A stretch of 63,079 nt of DNA, filler included, from Octopus bimaculoides (lineage: Eukaryota): the NCBI RefSeq assembly GCF_001194135.2. It is 8 parts of 7 records of this genome, joined end to end, with 100 filler letters (N's around TTAATTAATTAA, not from the genome) between each part and the next. Parts side by side here need not be neighbours in the genome. Positions count along the whole stretch, not along the records: positions 1 to 20,933 come from NC_068986.1; 7 more parts are not named here. One strand, 5' to 3'. Shown piece after piece: positions 1 to 13,667 of this stretch (positions are counted from its first letter, which is position 1; each line of letters begins with the position of its first letter). A program made the position numbers and the translations under genes. The notes beneath the pieces are model-generated. The model was not told where the DNA came from. It saw only the letters and a list, made by a program, of their open reading frames with translations, and made no database searches.

Positions 1-104
1 AAGAAGAAGAAGAAGAAGAAGAAGGAGGAGGAGGAGGAGGAGGAGGAGGAGAAGAAGAAGAAGAAGAAGAAGAAGAAGAAGAAGAAGAAGAAGAAGAAGA
101 AGAA

Positions 105-137
<33 letters not shown>

Positions 138-1553
138 AAGGAGGAAGAGAAGAAGGAAGAACAATGAAAATAATAATCGCATAAAGAAAAGTGTTATGGT
201 CGGATAAGGTACAAAAGTGAAAAGTAGAATAATAAATAGAGTCAAGAGATAACGGTACGTGGACGAAATATATACATGTGAGTGTGTGTGTGTGTGTGGG
301 TGGGTGTGTGGGTGTGGGTGTGCGTGTATGTGTGCGTGTATATAAGCTCGTCGAAACGCCGGTGTTAAAACGTGGGTAGCTGAAGAAGTAGAATGTTCTC
401 TNNNNNNNNNNNNNNNNNNNNNNNNNNNNNNNNNNNNNNNNNNNNNNNNNNNNNNNNNNNNNNNNNNNNNNNNNNNNNNNNNNNNNNNNNNNNNNNNNNN
501 NNNNNNNNNNNNNNNNNNNNNNNNNNNNNNNNNNNNNNNNNNNNNNNNNNNNNNNNNNNNNNNNNNNNNNNNNNNNNNNNNNNNNNNNNNNNNNNNNNNN
601 NNNNNNNNNNNNNNNNNNNNNNNNNNNNNNNNNNNNNNNNNNNNNNNNNNNNNNNNNNNNNNNNNNNNNNNNNNNNNNNNNNNNNNNNNNNNNNNNNNNN
701 NNNNNNNNNNNNNNNNNNNNNNNNNNNNNNNNNNNNNNNNNNNNNNNNNNNNNNNNNNNNNNNNNNNNNNNNNNNNNNNNNNNNNNNNNNNNNNNNNNNN
801 NNNNNNNNNNNNNNNNNNNNNNNNNNNNNNNNNNNNNNNNNNNNNNNNNNNNNNNNNNNNNNNNNNNNNNNNNNNNNNNNNNNNNNNNNNNNNNNNNNNN
901 NNNNNNNNNNNNNNNNNNNNNNNNNNNNNNNNNNNNNNNNNNNNNNNNNNNNGATGGAATCACAAGATAACCTCCAGTTCCTCCTCCTCCTCCTCCTCCT
1001 ACTCCTGCTCCTCCTTCACTTGCTACTCCTCCTCCGGTCCCTCCTTCGCTTTCTCCAGGCTGTCCCATCGCCGTCGCGGAGAAGGAATAAATAAATAAAC
1101 GAATGAAAGATTAAATAAATAAATAGATATATAAATAGAAGTAAAAGATATACAATCACCACAACGACAACAACAATAACATTAAGTACATAAACAACAA
1201 CAACAACAACATCTAGGAAAGAAACAACGACTAGCATCAAGAAAATAAAATATAAACGAACCACCAACCAGTGCAACAAAAAGTGCATGAACAAAAAGAA
1301 ACAATAATTCAAACAAAAATAAGAACAATAACCGCAACAACTACAACAACAACAACAACAACAACAATAATAACAAAAACAATAACAACAACAACAACAA
1401 CAGCCTCACCAAAAACGACAAATAGTCTTTGACATTGTAATTCAGTTATGTAAGAAAAACAGTTGTAAATATTGACACAAGTCGCTCTTAGCTAGTTAAA
1501 GGATAGAATATAAGAAACATACACCGGGTTGTTCATACGCGGTATTAGCATTT

Positions 1554-1590
<37 letters not shown>

Positions 1591-2133
1591 GNNNNNNNNN
1601 NNNNNNNNNNNNNNNNNNNNNNNNNNNNNNNNNNNNNNNNNNNNNNNNNNNNNNNNNNNNNNNNNNNNNNNNNNNNNNNNNNNNNNNNNNNNNNNNNNNN
1701 NNNNNNNNNNNNNNNNNNNNNNNNNNNNNNNNNNNNNNNNNNNNNNNNNNNNNNNNNNNNNNNNNNNNNNNNNNNNNNNNNNNNNNNNNNNNNNNNNNNN
1801 NNNNNNNNNNNNNNNNNNNNNNNNNNNNNNNNNNNNNNNNNNNNNNNNNNNNNNNNNNNNNNNNNNNNNNNNNNNNNNNNNNNNNNNNNNNNNNNNNNNN
1901 NNNNNNNNNNNNNNNNNNNNNNNNNNNNNNNNNNNNNNNNNNNNNNNNNNAAGGAGGAGAGGGGAGAAGGAGGAGTGGTGGTGGTGGTGGTGGTGGTGGT
2001 GGTGGTTGTAGTATACACGAAACCCTTGGGCATTGTTTCACGATGCCCAAGCAGGTATAGAGTCGAATAAACCTAGTCAGATTGTCAAGCGGTGGAGAAA
2101 ACGATTACAAGCAGAAAGGCACAAGCATACACG

Positions 2134-2179
<46 letters not shown>

Positions 2180-2180
2180 A

Positions 2181-2330
2181 CGGACATCCATATAGTTTCT
2201 GTCGATCAGTGTCGCTCACAATGCATTGGTTTGTCCTGGAGCTACCGTAGAAGACACCTTGTACAAGGTTGCCACGCGGTAGGACTGAAACTACAGCCAT
2301 GTGGTTATGAATTAAACTTCCTAATCACAA
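2181..2330 (-). mobile_element. SINE family B, partial
   Basis: gtagaagacac...gccacgcggtaggactgaa...catgtggtt is the reverse complement of the family B 5' half. It abuts (TA)n(CA)n. Confidence 0.7.
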
Positions 2331-3922
2331 CGTCACTTCAAACTAATGTAAATTTCTAATTAAGAGCTCTCTCCCATTCTGTTTGGTTTTCTTATATCGC
2401 TTTCTCTTTATCTATCACCACAACTTCAACAGAAGATTGAGAAATCATTTAAATGCTCTCCTCTTGGTTCAAAGACACATAACTCTTTCTATAATAAATT
2501 TTTAATACTGGCAAAAACTTGTAAAGGAAAAAATGAATACACGATCTAAATTTTATTTCCCTTTTTTTTCCTTCTAGAGGATTCTATCGTAGAAAATTCT
2601 TTTAGACCAAACCAAAATATTGTTTCCACACACAGAGAACAAAAATATAGTAAATGCGATCTAATTGGATGAGGCATTAGTTAGATATTCATGCATTATC
2701 TGAAGAGCGCGTTGGCGTCGTTGAAACGTAAATACATCGTAACAATAATGGCTTCTAAGATGCTGTGGTAACTGTCGATTTATCAACTGACTTTTGGAGG
2801 CCATCATTTAACAAGAAAGGCGAAATAAAATCGATACAATAAACACAAAACGTTATCGTTTATCAATGTAATGCCTGCTTCCAGCTATTAAGATCGAAGT
2901 GAACCGCTGCGAATGTAGCAAATATACAGAAATAGAAATTATCAGTATTCGAGCTGTGTGTGTGTGTGTGTGTGTGTGTGAGGGAAAGCGAGAGAGAGAG
3001 AGATTGCGTGTCTGTGTGTGATTGTGTGCGTGAGTGATAGCATGAGATTATATATATATATGTGTGTACGTGTATGTATGTGTGTGTGTGTGTGTGTGTA
3101 NNNNNNNNNNNNNNNNNNNNNNNNNNNNNNNNNNNNNNNNNNNNNNNNNNNNNNNNNNNNNNNNNNNNNNNNNNNNNNNNNNNNNNNNNNNNNNNNNNNN
3201 NNNNNNNNNNNNNNNNNNNNNNNNNNNNNNNNNNNNNNNNNNNNNNNNNNNNNNNNNNNNNNNNNNNNNNNNNNNNNNNNNNNNNNNNNNNNNNNNNNNN
3301 NNNNNNNNNNNNNNNNNNNNNNNNNNNNNNNNNNNNNNNNNNNNNNNNNNNNNNNNNNNNNNNNNNNNNNNNNNNNNNNNNNNNNNNNNNNNNNNNNNNN
3401 NNNNNNNNNNNNNNNNNNNNNNNNNNNNNNNNNNNNNNNNNNNNNNNNNNNNNNNNNNNNNNNNNNNNNNNNNNNNNNNNNNNNNNNNNNNNNNNNNNNN
3501 NNNNNNNNNNNNNNNNNNNNNNNNNNNNNNNNNNNNNNNNNNNNNNNNNNNNNNNNNNNNNNNNNNNNNNNNNNNNNNNNNNNNNNNNNNNNNNNNNNNN
3601 NNNNNNNNNNNNNNNNNNNNNNNNNNNNNNNNNNNNNNNNNNNNNNNNNNNNNNNNNNNNNNNNNNNNNNNNNNNNNNNNNNNNNNNNNNNNNNNNNNNN
3701 NNNNNNNNNNNNNNNNNNNNNNNNNNNNNNNNNNNNNNNNNNNNNNNNNNNNNNNNNNNNNNNNNNNNNNNNNNNNNNNNNNNNNNNNNNNNNNNNNNNN
3801 NNNNNNNNNNNNNNNNNNNNNNNNNNNNNNNNNNNNNNNNNNNNNNNNNNNNNNNNNNNNNNNNNNNNNNNNNNNNNNNNNNNNNNNNNNNNNNNNNNNN
3901 NNNNNNNTATATATATATATAC

Positions 3923-3974
<52 letters not shown>

Positions 3975-4084
3975 ACATATTCAAGGGCTGAAAATTTCGT
4001 GTGAGTAATCAAAATGACTTCAAATATTAGAGCTCCAATTTCTGGAACGTTCGATGAAAGATTAACACTGGACACTCACAACTC

Positions 4085-4297
4085 AGCCAGCTGGCAGAAT
4101 CCTTAGCGCGCCGCATATTATATGCTTAGCGGAATTTCGTCCATTTTTACGTTCTCAATCCAAATTCTGCCGAGATCGATTTTTACAATTTCATTCTTTT
4201 AGGGTCGATAACATAAATGTAAAGTGGGCACTGGGGTCGATGCACTCGACCTACCCCGCCAACGAATTTGCTGGTCCTCTGCCGGAGTTTGAAATTA
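4085..4297 (+). mobile_element. tRNA-derived SINE, family A
   Basis: agctggcagaatc.ttagc head, B-box-like caaattctgcc, core gggtcgataa and ctggggtcgat. Confidence 0.8.
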
Positions 4298-4666
4298 TTT
4301 TTAGAGGATCACGTGAGAATTGCAAATTTTCTAATACTCTATCCGTTAAGCAAAACACACTCGCACACATGTAATGTATGCATTTAAATATGTAGTTTTC
4401 TGTGTATGAGCGTGTGTGTGTGTGTGTATGTGCGCGTGTGTTCTATGAATTCTCTTTATATTGAAGTCTGTCTTCTAATCTGTTTCTCTCGTTGTTCTTC
4501 TTCTTGTCCATGTTACTTTGGAATACAAAAGCAGACGTCCATCTTATCGTTCTTTTCGTGTCATCAAACACGATATCAATACTGTCGTCATAAAACAAAG
4601 CAACCAAGTATCTTCTTCTTCTTCTTCTTCTTCTTCTTCTTCTTCTTCTTCTTCTTCTTCTTCTTC

Positions 4667-4723
<57 letters not shown>

Positions 4724-4968
4724 AACTGCTGCTGCAGTCACCACCGCCACCACCACCACCACNNNNNNNNNNNNNNNNNNNNNNNNNNNNNNNNNNNNNN
4801 NNNNNNNNNNNNNNNNNNNNNNNNNNNNNNNNNNNNNNNNNNNNNNNNNNNNNNNNNNNNNNNNNNNNNNNNNNNNNNNNNNNNNNNNNNNNNNNNNNNN
4901 NNNNNNNNNNNNNNNNNNNNNNNNNNNNNNNNNNNNNNNNNNNNNNNNNNNNNNNNNNNNNNNNNNNN

Positions 4969-5014
<46 letters not shown>

Positions 5015-5061
5015 AATTACAGTGGTAAAGATCGTAACGTTTGAGCTGTTAGTAACAGCAA

Positions 5062-5092
<31 letters not shown>

Positions 5093-5339
5093 AACAGCAG
5101 CAGCAGCAACAGCAGCAGCAGCAGTAGTAGTAGTAGTAGTAATAGTAGTGATGGTGATAGTAGTAGTAGTAGTAGTTGGTCATTTATATTCTTCTGCCAC
5201 TTATCCTTATCCGTAATCTGTTTCAATTGCAGAGATTCTTCTTTTAATTGTTTTCTCATAATTTTTCATCCCGGACTTCCTTGATGATATCAATTAAAGA
5301 TAACGAAGAGATCCGAAAACAAACAATGCATCAGAGATG

Positions 5340-5378
<39 letters not shown>

Positions 5379-5872
5379 ATCTCTCTCTCTCTCTCCCTCT
5401 CTCTCCCTTTCTCTCTTTTTCTCTCTCTTTCTCCCTCTATCTCTCTCTTTCTTTCTCTTTTTCCCTTTCTCTCATTCTTCTTTCTGTATTTCTTGCTTTC
5501 TCTCTTACTTTCTCTCCTTTCACATTCTTTCTCTTCTCCCGTTCTCTCTCTTTTCACGTTCCCTCTTACAAGCACACGCACACACACACACACACACACG
5601 TACACACACACACACCTATACACGTACACATACACGCACACACACATGATGCGTACACACTCGCACGTGTTCCTTCACGTTTGTTCATAAAACAAAACTT
5701 TCACATGCACAAGAAAACAAAATAAAACAACTCAAATTTGCAAGAATTAGAGTAATGAACATTATTTCATTAATGACTACAATACAGATTTAATCCTGCT
5801 TCAATCTTTGCGGGTCATGTTCATAATTTTAACTACATTCAGTGCGAACGACATATATAAATATATTATATA

Positions 5873-6030
5873 CGCGGTCTGATCGAAAAGTATCGGGACT
5901 GTTACTGTGGTAACAGAGTTAAGGAACGAGAAGTGAAGGCACTCAAGCAGTGCTTGAAAGTAAATCGTGTAAAGTGTGGTCGTCTCACCACACAGCTGAG
6001 GTTCTACAAGCGACCATCGCCTAGAAAAAT
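5873..6030 (+). mobile_element. Mariner 5' end fragment, same family as 35331-36191
   Basis: TA-cgcggtctgatcgaaaagtatcgggactgttac matches both arms of the 35.3-36.2 kb element. Internally deleted. Confidence 0.7.
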
Positions 6031-6769
6031 ATTCGATTCAGTATAAACTTATCGTTTGCATAAAAGAACATGTGGAATTCAAAAACTCCCTTGCGTTCTT
6101 CTTTGATATATATATATATATATATANNNNNNNNNNNNNNNNNNNNNNNNNNNNNNNNNNNNNNNNNNNNNNNNNNNNNNNNNNNNNNNNNNNNNNNNNN
6201 NNNNNNNNNNNNNNNNNNNNNNNNNNNNNNNNNNNNNNNNNNNNNNNNNNNNNNNNNNNNNNNNNNNNNNNNNNNNNNNNNNNNNNNNNNNNNNNNNNNN
6301 NNNNNNNNNNNNNNNNNNNNNNNNNNNNNNNNNNNNNNNNNNNNNNNNNNNNNNNNNNNNNNNNNNNNNNNNNNNNNNNNNNNNNNNNNNNNNNNNNNNN
6401 NNNNNNNNNNNNNNNNNNNNNNNNNNNNNNNNNNNNNNNNNNNNNNNNNNNNNNNNNNNNNNNNNNNNNNNNNNNNNNNNNNNNNNNNNNNNNNNNNNNN
6501 NNNNNNNNNNNNNNNNNNNNNNNNNNNNNNNNNNNNNNNNNNNNNNNNNNNNNNNNNNNNNNNNNNNNNNNNNNNNNNNNNNNNNNNNNNNNNNNNNNNN
6601 NNNNNNNNNNNNNNNNNNNNNNNNNNNNNNNNNNNNNNNNNNNNNNNNNNNNNNNNNNNNNNNNNNNNNNNNNNNNNNNNNNNNNNNNNNNNNNNNNNNN
6701 NNNNNNNNNNNNNNNNNNNNNNNNNNNNNNNNNNNACACACAAAAGGCTTCCACACACACACACACAAA

Positions 6770-6930
6770 AGGCTTCCACACACTTTCTGCCTATCAGATT
6801 CACTCACGAGACATCGGTCATCGCAGAGCTATAGTATAAAACACATGCCCAAGGAGCCCTGCAGTGGGTTCGAACCCAAAACCGTGTCGTTGCAAATCGA
6901 CCTTTTTAACCACGCAGCTGTTCCTGCATA
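6770..6930 (-). mobile_element. SINE family B, partial
   Basis: gattcactcac...gctatagta...gcccaagg...cagtgggttcgaaccc...aaccacgcagc. Confidence 0.7.
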
Positions 6931-7863
6931 TACTTGTTGGTTTTTTTGCGAGAGAATAATACACGGGGCTTATCACAGCTTTAAACACAATTTTATATAT
7001 AATATGAATTATATAAAGTGATGACTATAATGTTACAAATTAGATAAAAATTTAACTTAAATATCTAATTGGTGAAGTGAATCTAATTTATAAATAAACG
7101 AATGTTTTTTATTGCAAAGGCGAGCGTTAACATATTTAAATTGTAAGAAGGTGAAGTGGATTAAATCGCATAATGTAATATTTTATATATATGTATATAA
7201 TTGCTGTTATGTACATGCATTCACACACACACACACACACATACTCACATTATATATATTTATGAATAAATATGTGTATATTATACGTTTGTGTGTTGTG
7301 TGTGTGTGTGTGTGTGTATGCATGTTTTTGTGAATGAATGATGTTTCATGTATAAGAATATAGAAAAATCTAAAAAGATACCAGAAATTAAAACTTAAGT
7401 TTATTATTTCAAGGAGGAAGTAATTTAAAGGAATGCAGAAGAAAATAAGAAAATGCTATTAGTAAATTTAGTGTGTGTGTGTGTGGTGTGTGTGTGAGGA
7501 GGGGTAGATGAAGAAAGAAAGGCGGCACTCCAAATGACACACCGCAGCGCAGAATCAAAGAAGAAGTATAAAAGATTAAAAGGTTGAAAAATGTAAAAAA
7601 TAAATAAATTTTAATATTAAGAAATGCAAACATTTAAAGAAATAAATAAATTGAAATAAAATAAACTAAATGTAATTTAATTTATTTGAATTACCTCTTC
7701 AGACGTTTAATTTTTTTAAATATAATTTATAGAAATTATTTCTGTTTAAAGTTGAAATTAACATCAGATACTTATGTCTGATAAATTCCAACTGGAGAAA
7801 ATCATAAATTAATGATGATACTTATGTTAAAGATTTTTTTGTGCTTTGATACTGTCCTGCATA

Positions 7864-7995
7864 GAGCGACGAGCTGGCAGAAGCGTTACCGCACCGGGAA
7901 AAATACTCCGCGACTTTTCGATTGTCTTTACGTTCAAATTCCGCCGAGGTCGGTGTTTACTTTTCATTCTTTCGGGGTTGATGAAATACAGTATT
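7864..7995 (+). mobile_element. SINE family A, partial
   Basis: gagctggcagaagcgtta...cgttcaaattccgccgaggtcg...ttcggggttgatg. Confidence 0.8.
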
Positions 7996-8308
7996 TTGCA
8001 AAAGTCTTCGACCACTTTAACCGATTGTAAATTTCTATCAATTGCCAACTTATAAATAGATGTTTCGCACTGCCAATTTTACCGATGAAACATTGACCTT
8101 GCTGGGATCATTTCAATACCTAATCATTATATTTTGTAGTAGAGGTTCTGAATGAGAAGGGAAGATGACAGACAACCACCAAAAATGGCCGTGCAAAAGT
8201 TTTCGGCCACCTCATATACACCAATCAAGATACACTGTTTTAAAACAGAAAAATGTCTATAATGAAAATGTATTACATATTGTTCATTTCAAGATATTAC
8301 TGTACATT

Positions 8309-8583
8309 CCACAGATACGTGTACCCTTAACGTAGTTCTCGGGGAGATTCAGCGTGACACAGTGTATGACAAGGTTGGCCCTTCGAAATACAGGTACAAT
8401 AGAAACAGGAAGAACGAGTGAGAGAAAGTTGTGGAGAAAGAGTACAACAGGGTTCACCACCACCTCCTGCTGGAGCTTCGTGGAACTTAAGAGTCTTCGC
8501 TCAATAAACTTTCACAACACCCGGTCTGGGAATCGAAACCGTGATCCTACGACCGCGAGTCCGCTGTCCTAACCACTGGACCA
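8309..8583 (-). mobile_element. tRNA-derived SINE, family C
   Basis: The minus-strand head has A-box TGGTCCAGTGG and B-box-like GGTTTCGATTCC. The body is shared with 17085-17390. Confidence 0.8.
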
Positions 8584-8696
8584 ATATTATATATACGTAT
8601 ATGACAGTAATTTTGAGGTTTCGTCTTGCTAACCGTCATTGATTGTCATCACAATTTGTGAAAGTTTAATAGATATGTACTCTGCTGCATACTTAA

Positions 8697-9075
8697 GGGC
8701 AGCGGGATATGTAACACACTACCTAAATACTAATCTTGAGAAATTAGGCTTCTCAAAACCAGAAAGGAGAAAACTGATTTGAAGACTACAGACTCAAGCC
8801 ATCACTGGGACAGTAAAAACCTGTACAACTTTCCAGAAGTTTATCATTTAAGTATATATGAGCATGACTAGATATGCAACTATATACATAAAACAAAACA
8901 TACAAATTTGCACAGAAACATACATATACACACACATACATACTACATACGTACAAAAATAGCCTGTTAATGTAGTTGAAATTCCAATGAAGGAGACTTG
9001 GATCTAGGTTAGAAACCGGTTCTTTCTCTATTGGCAATAAATCTTGAAATAAAACTGGATAATGGCACACATACA
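8697..9075 (+). mobile_element. RLE non-LTR retrotransposon 3' end (R4/Dong-like, CATA-associated family)
   Basis: GYVTHYLNTNLEKLGFSKPERRKLI*RLQTQAITGTVKTC..FQKFII*, plus a 3'UTR shared with 23858-24366. Ends in cacatacatac. Confidence 0.85.
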
Positions 9076-9863
9076 TACATATATATANNNNNNNNNNNNN
9101 NNNNNNNNNNNNNNNNNNNNNNNNNNNNNNNNNNNNNNNNNNNNNNNNNNNNNNNNNNNNNNNNNNNNNNNNNNNNNNNNNNNNNNNNNNNNNNNNNNNN
9201 NNNNNNNNNNNNNNNNNNNNNNNNNNNNNNNNNNNNNNNNNNNNNNNNNNNNNNNNNNNNNNNNNNNNNNNNNNNNNNNNNNNNNNNNNNNNTATGTATG
9301 TATGTATGTATGTATAAAATTTATGTTGAAAAAATAGAAAAATATTTTTAAATCAATGATTAGAAATCTTGAAGCTTTTAGGGATTTAAGTATTAATGTA
9401 TTTGTATATTAATGCGTCTATGCATTTTTCTTATTGATTTGGAACCCACATGTTTTTGAAATAGCTGTCAAACTATTCCAAATTAATGAAAGTAGTTGTG
9501 TTCTGTAATAGCGGTATTTAATACTGTACTGTTTTAGTGTCTAGGCATTTAATATGGCGTTGTTTCAATTTATCAAGGATAAAACCGACATTATAAATGT
9601 AAACAAGATTTATTTATAGATTGTAAATTTGAACGAAAATTTTAAATACTTTGGTACTTCTTATATTCGAAAAGCATTTATATAAAGAAAGTAGCTTTAA
9701 GTCTTCTAAACCTAATCCAAAAATCCTATTTTATGAAATTAGTTACAGGAAACAAGGTTTAAAATATTCCACGCTTAACCCTTTGTCTCTTCTTTGTATT
9801 ACAAGAGATACACGGGAAATATTTCCATGGCGTTTATGTGTTATATATGATATGCGTTATGTA

Positions 9864-10070
9864 CGAGGTTCCTTCAAAACGTATCCGACTTTATTTTTTC
9901 CAGCCAAAAGTAATGCCGGGAAGTTGACACCGACCTTCCTACGCATGCGTAAAAATGTTTTCTCCAGTAGGTCGCGTCAGTTCCTGACTATTATGCAGAG
10001 AGTATAGACGTGTAGTACGCGCTCGTCGGATATTCGTTTTCTATGTTTTAATCGTTTGTTCAAAGTATTT
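9864..10070 (+). mobile_element. Mariner-type TIR and 5' region
   Basis: TA-cgaggttccttcaaaacgtatccgac is a typical CGAGG...TCAAAA mariner terminus. No ORF remains. Confidence 0.6.
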
Positions 10071-10271
10071 TCATAAGATTGTCCTAAACGCCCATGCTTG
10101 TTTTCAGAATTTTAGTTATCCCTTTTCTATCATACGTTCTGGTTAAAATAAATCTTTCCTTCTATATGTCCCAGGTTACCCTGGTAGTTGGAAGAAATTG
10201 AGAATGTGTATCATATATGATGCATGAATACCAGTGGAATATTTCCTGCATATCATATGTGATACACAGGC

Positions 10272-10385
10272 TTTGGGTAAAAGAAAATGCAAGAGGATCA
10301 GTTAATTATGATTTTATCCAACATATTCCCCTCTCCGATTCATACACTTATTGCAGTGGTCCTTCAGTTTTTCTAAGACCTCTAA
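10272..10385 (-). mobile_element. Mariner transposase C-terminal remnant
   Basis: Minus strand reads LEKLKDHCNKCMNRRGEYVG*, resembling the mariner end motif L..RW.KC....G.Y.E*. Confidence 0.6.
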
Positions 10386-11367
10386 CAGAACTCAGAAGTT
10401 TGGGCCCCCAACCAGGCCTTACGCGACACCCTTAAAGCCAAGAACCCTGGTATGTATCTGGGGCGTTTTTTTTTTTTTCAGTTTTCATCTACCAAATCCA
10501 CTGGCAAAGCTTTGATCGACCCGGATTACTGTCAAGGACAATTGCCCAAGGATCAGAAGGTGTTGTCATACAAAATACGATAGAAATTATTAGNNNNNNN
10601 NNNNNNNNNNNNNNNNNNNNNNNNNNNNNNNNNNNNNNNNNNNNNNNNNNNNNNNNNNNNNNNNNNNNNNNNNNNNNNNNNNNNNNNNNNNNNNNNNNNN
10701 NNNNNNNNNNNNNNNNNNNNNNNNNNNNNNNNNNNNNNNNNNNNNNNNNNNNNNNNNNNNNNNNNNNNNNNNNNNNNNNNNNNNNNNNNNNNNNNNNNNN
10801 NNNNNNNNNNNNNNNNNNNNNNNNNNNNNNNNNNNNNNNNNNNNNNNNNNNNNNNNNNNNNNNNNNNNNNNNNAATTTACAAGAAACCTTTTGTATAGCG
10901 TACATGAAGTTATTTGCAAGTTTATACAGTGTAAATCTAAAATAAAGGAATGGAAACACAAATAAGAAAAACGAAATAACTATTTACACTTTATCTTATA
11001 TTTCGACATTTCGGGGTTAAGATGTCTTTGCAAAAATAATGTTATCAGCTTTTATTATGGGTAATCTTATGGAACTCAATTTGAATCATTTACAATTCCT
11101 AAAAATTGTCTAACTCAGTATACTCAAGTCATCTTATGATGATGATGATGATGATGATGATGATAAGCAGAATCATTGTCCGGTACCGGATCGATCCCAA
11201 AATCTCATCAGTTCGTGCCAGTTATGAGGACAAAGATCCCTGAAAGTTTCATCCGAATCCATCCAGCGGTTCTTGAGATAACTTGTCCACGGACAAAGAA
11301 ACAAAGAAAGAAACTAGCAAACAAACACCACTGAAAACAATACCTCCGCCTTCGATAAAGTGGAGGC

Positions 11368-11400
<33 letters not shown>

Positions 11401-11821
11401 TCCAAAAGTCTGAAAATCCCCAAATGGAAGAAATAACAATAAATAGTGCGCATAGGCGCAGGAGTGGCTGTGTGGTAAATAGCTTGCTTACCATTTAAAA
11501 ACAAAAAAGGAACGCCACCTTCCTTTCAGTCATCACTCACTATCTGTCTGTCTCTCCCTCTCTTTCTCTCTCACTTCCTCTTTGTTCTCCTCCCGCTTTG
11601 CCACTCACTTCAAGTATACTTCTGTTTATAAGCTTTTGTTTCTGTTTTTCTTTGTGTCTCTCCCTTCAACCGTTTTACCTCTTCTTTTGAAGTAAGTGTG
11701 ATACACACCACAGGTACGTACACACCACAGGTACGTACATAGAAAAACAAAACGTTAGCGTATTAATATTATTGATAATAATAAAAATAATGATTATAAC
11801 AATAACACTAACAATAACAAC

Positions 11822-11865
<44 letters not shown>

Positions 11866-12475
11866 GTAGGAGAAAGAGGAGGAAGAGGAAGATGAGAAGG
11901 AGAGGAAGAAGAAAGGACAGTCTCTATTAATTCTTGGCAAAGGAGTTTTAACCTCGAAATATCGAAATATAAAGTACCAGTTGCACGCACCCGAACTCTC
12001 ACTGTCTGTCGCTCACACGCTCTCTCTCTCTCACAGACACACTCACACCCAAACACACAAACACACTCTCCCTCATGCGCATGCGCATGCACCCCCACCC
12101 CNNNNNNNNNNNNNNNNNNNNNNNNNNNNNNNNNNNNNNNNNNNNNNNNNNNNNNNNNNNNNNNNNNNNNNNNNNNNNNNNNNNNNNNNNNNNNNNNNNN
12201 NNNNNNNNNNNNNNNNNNNNNNNNNNNNNNNNNNNNNNNNNNNNNNNNNNNNNNNNNNNNNNNNNNNNNNNNNNNNNNNNNNNNNNNNNNNNNNNNNNNN
12301 NNNNNNNNNNNNNNNNNNNNNNNNNNNNNNNNNNNNNNNNNNNNNNNNNNNNNNNNNNNNNNNNNNNNNNNNNNNNNNNNNNNNNNNNNNNNNNNNNNNN
12401 NNNNNNNNNNNNNNNNNNNNNNNNNNNNNNNNNNNNNNNNNNNNNNNNNNNNNNNNNNNNNNNNNNNNNNNNNNN

Positions 12476-12518
<43 letters not shown>

Positions 12519-13367
12519 ATATATATATATATGTATGTATATATATATATATGTTGTCTTTGTTTACAGACACGGTTTGAATTTGAAATATTTATAAATA
12601 AATCCTGTTTGCGTTTGTAATTATGTTTTATATCCTTAATAAATTGAAACAAATACCATTTTGAATTTTCAGACAGAAACATTTGAATACTAAATGCTTT
12701 CATTATTGAATACAAACTATTTTCAGTAATTTGAAACTTTCTACAGCTATTTCACAATACGTGTGTTGTAAGTTAACGTCTGTAAATGTAGCATAAATAC
12801 ATTTGTGAAATATTTGTGAAACGAAACAGTGAAAACAACATGGAGAGTTGTTAGGCCAGACGAGAAAAAATATATATACTGAACACTATTTCGTTTTCTC
12901 TATCGTGTTAATTCCTCCGCATTACAAATTTTATTTAATTTGCTTTTCGAGAAGAGCTATTCTAACAATACCTCCTGCCCTGACTCTTCGAAACGCTTAG
13001 TTTAGAATAGGGACAGCTGATGAAGGAAATGTTCTCTATGTGGCCTGTCTGTTTTCTTGTGTGTTCCTACCGTTGTCCGAAAAAAAGTTTGTTTTCCGTG
13101 CTTTGTTTATGTTCTCGTTTTTCATTTTGTCTACGTTTCTTTGTGATGTCCTGTACCCAGATAGGCATCTATATATACATGTAGATGTAGGTATGTACAT
13201 ACATGTACGTATATATGCATATACTCACATACTATTTGTATTATTATTTGAGGTACAACTAATTTTTGTTACATGCACAATCTCCCGCCACTAAACTTAC
13301 TATGAATATCACAATATGGGCAGTGAATGCTGCTACAGTTCTAGCAGTTGCTGCTGCTGCTGCTACA

Positions 13368-13432
<65 letters not shown>

Positions 13433-13480
13433 AACTACTACTGTTGCTGCTACTGCTTCTGCTTCTGCTACTGCTTACGC

Positions 13481-13603
13481 AACTGGTACTTAATTTATCG
13501 ACCCGGAAAGGATGAAAGGCAAAGTCGACCTCAGCAGAATTTGAACTCAGAACGTAAAGACAGACGAAATACCGCTAAGCATTTCGCCCGGCATGCTAAC
13601 GTT
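13481..13603 (-). mobile_element. SINE family A, well preserved
   Basis: Reverse complement: gttagcatgccgggcgaaatgcttagcggtatttcgtctgtctttacgttctgagttcaaattctgctgaggtcgac...gtcgataaattaagtaccag. Two older fragments follow at ~13747-13813 and ~13900-14000. Confidence 0.85.

Positions 13604-13667
<64 letters not shown>

Noticed and set aside
2025-2051. 9-bp perfect hairpin (a similar one at 15525-15551)
   Set aside because: About one such stem is expected by chance in this much sequence, and no Helitron CTRR end follows.
8521-8583. tRNA-like sequence with A and B boxes
   Set aside because: It continues into a repeat body shared with other copies, so it is a SINE head and not a tRNA gene.
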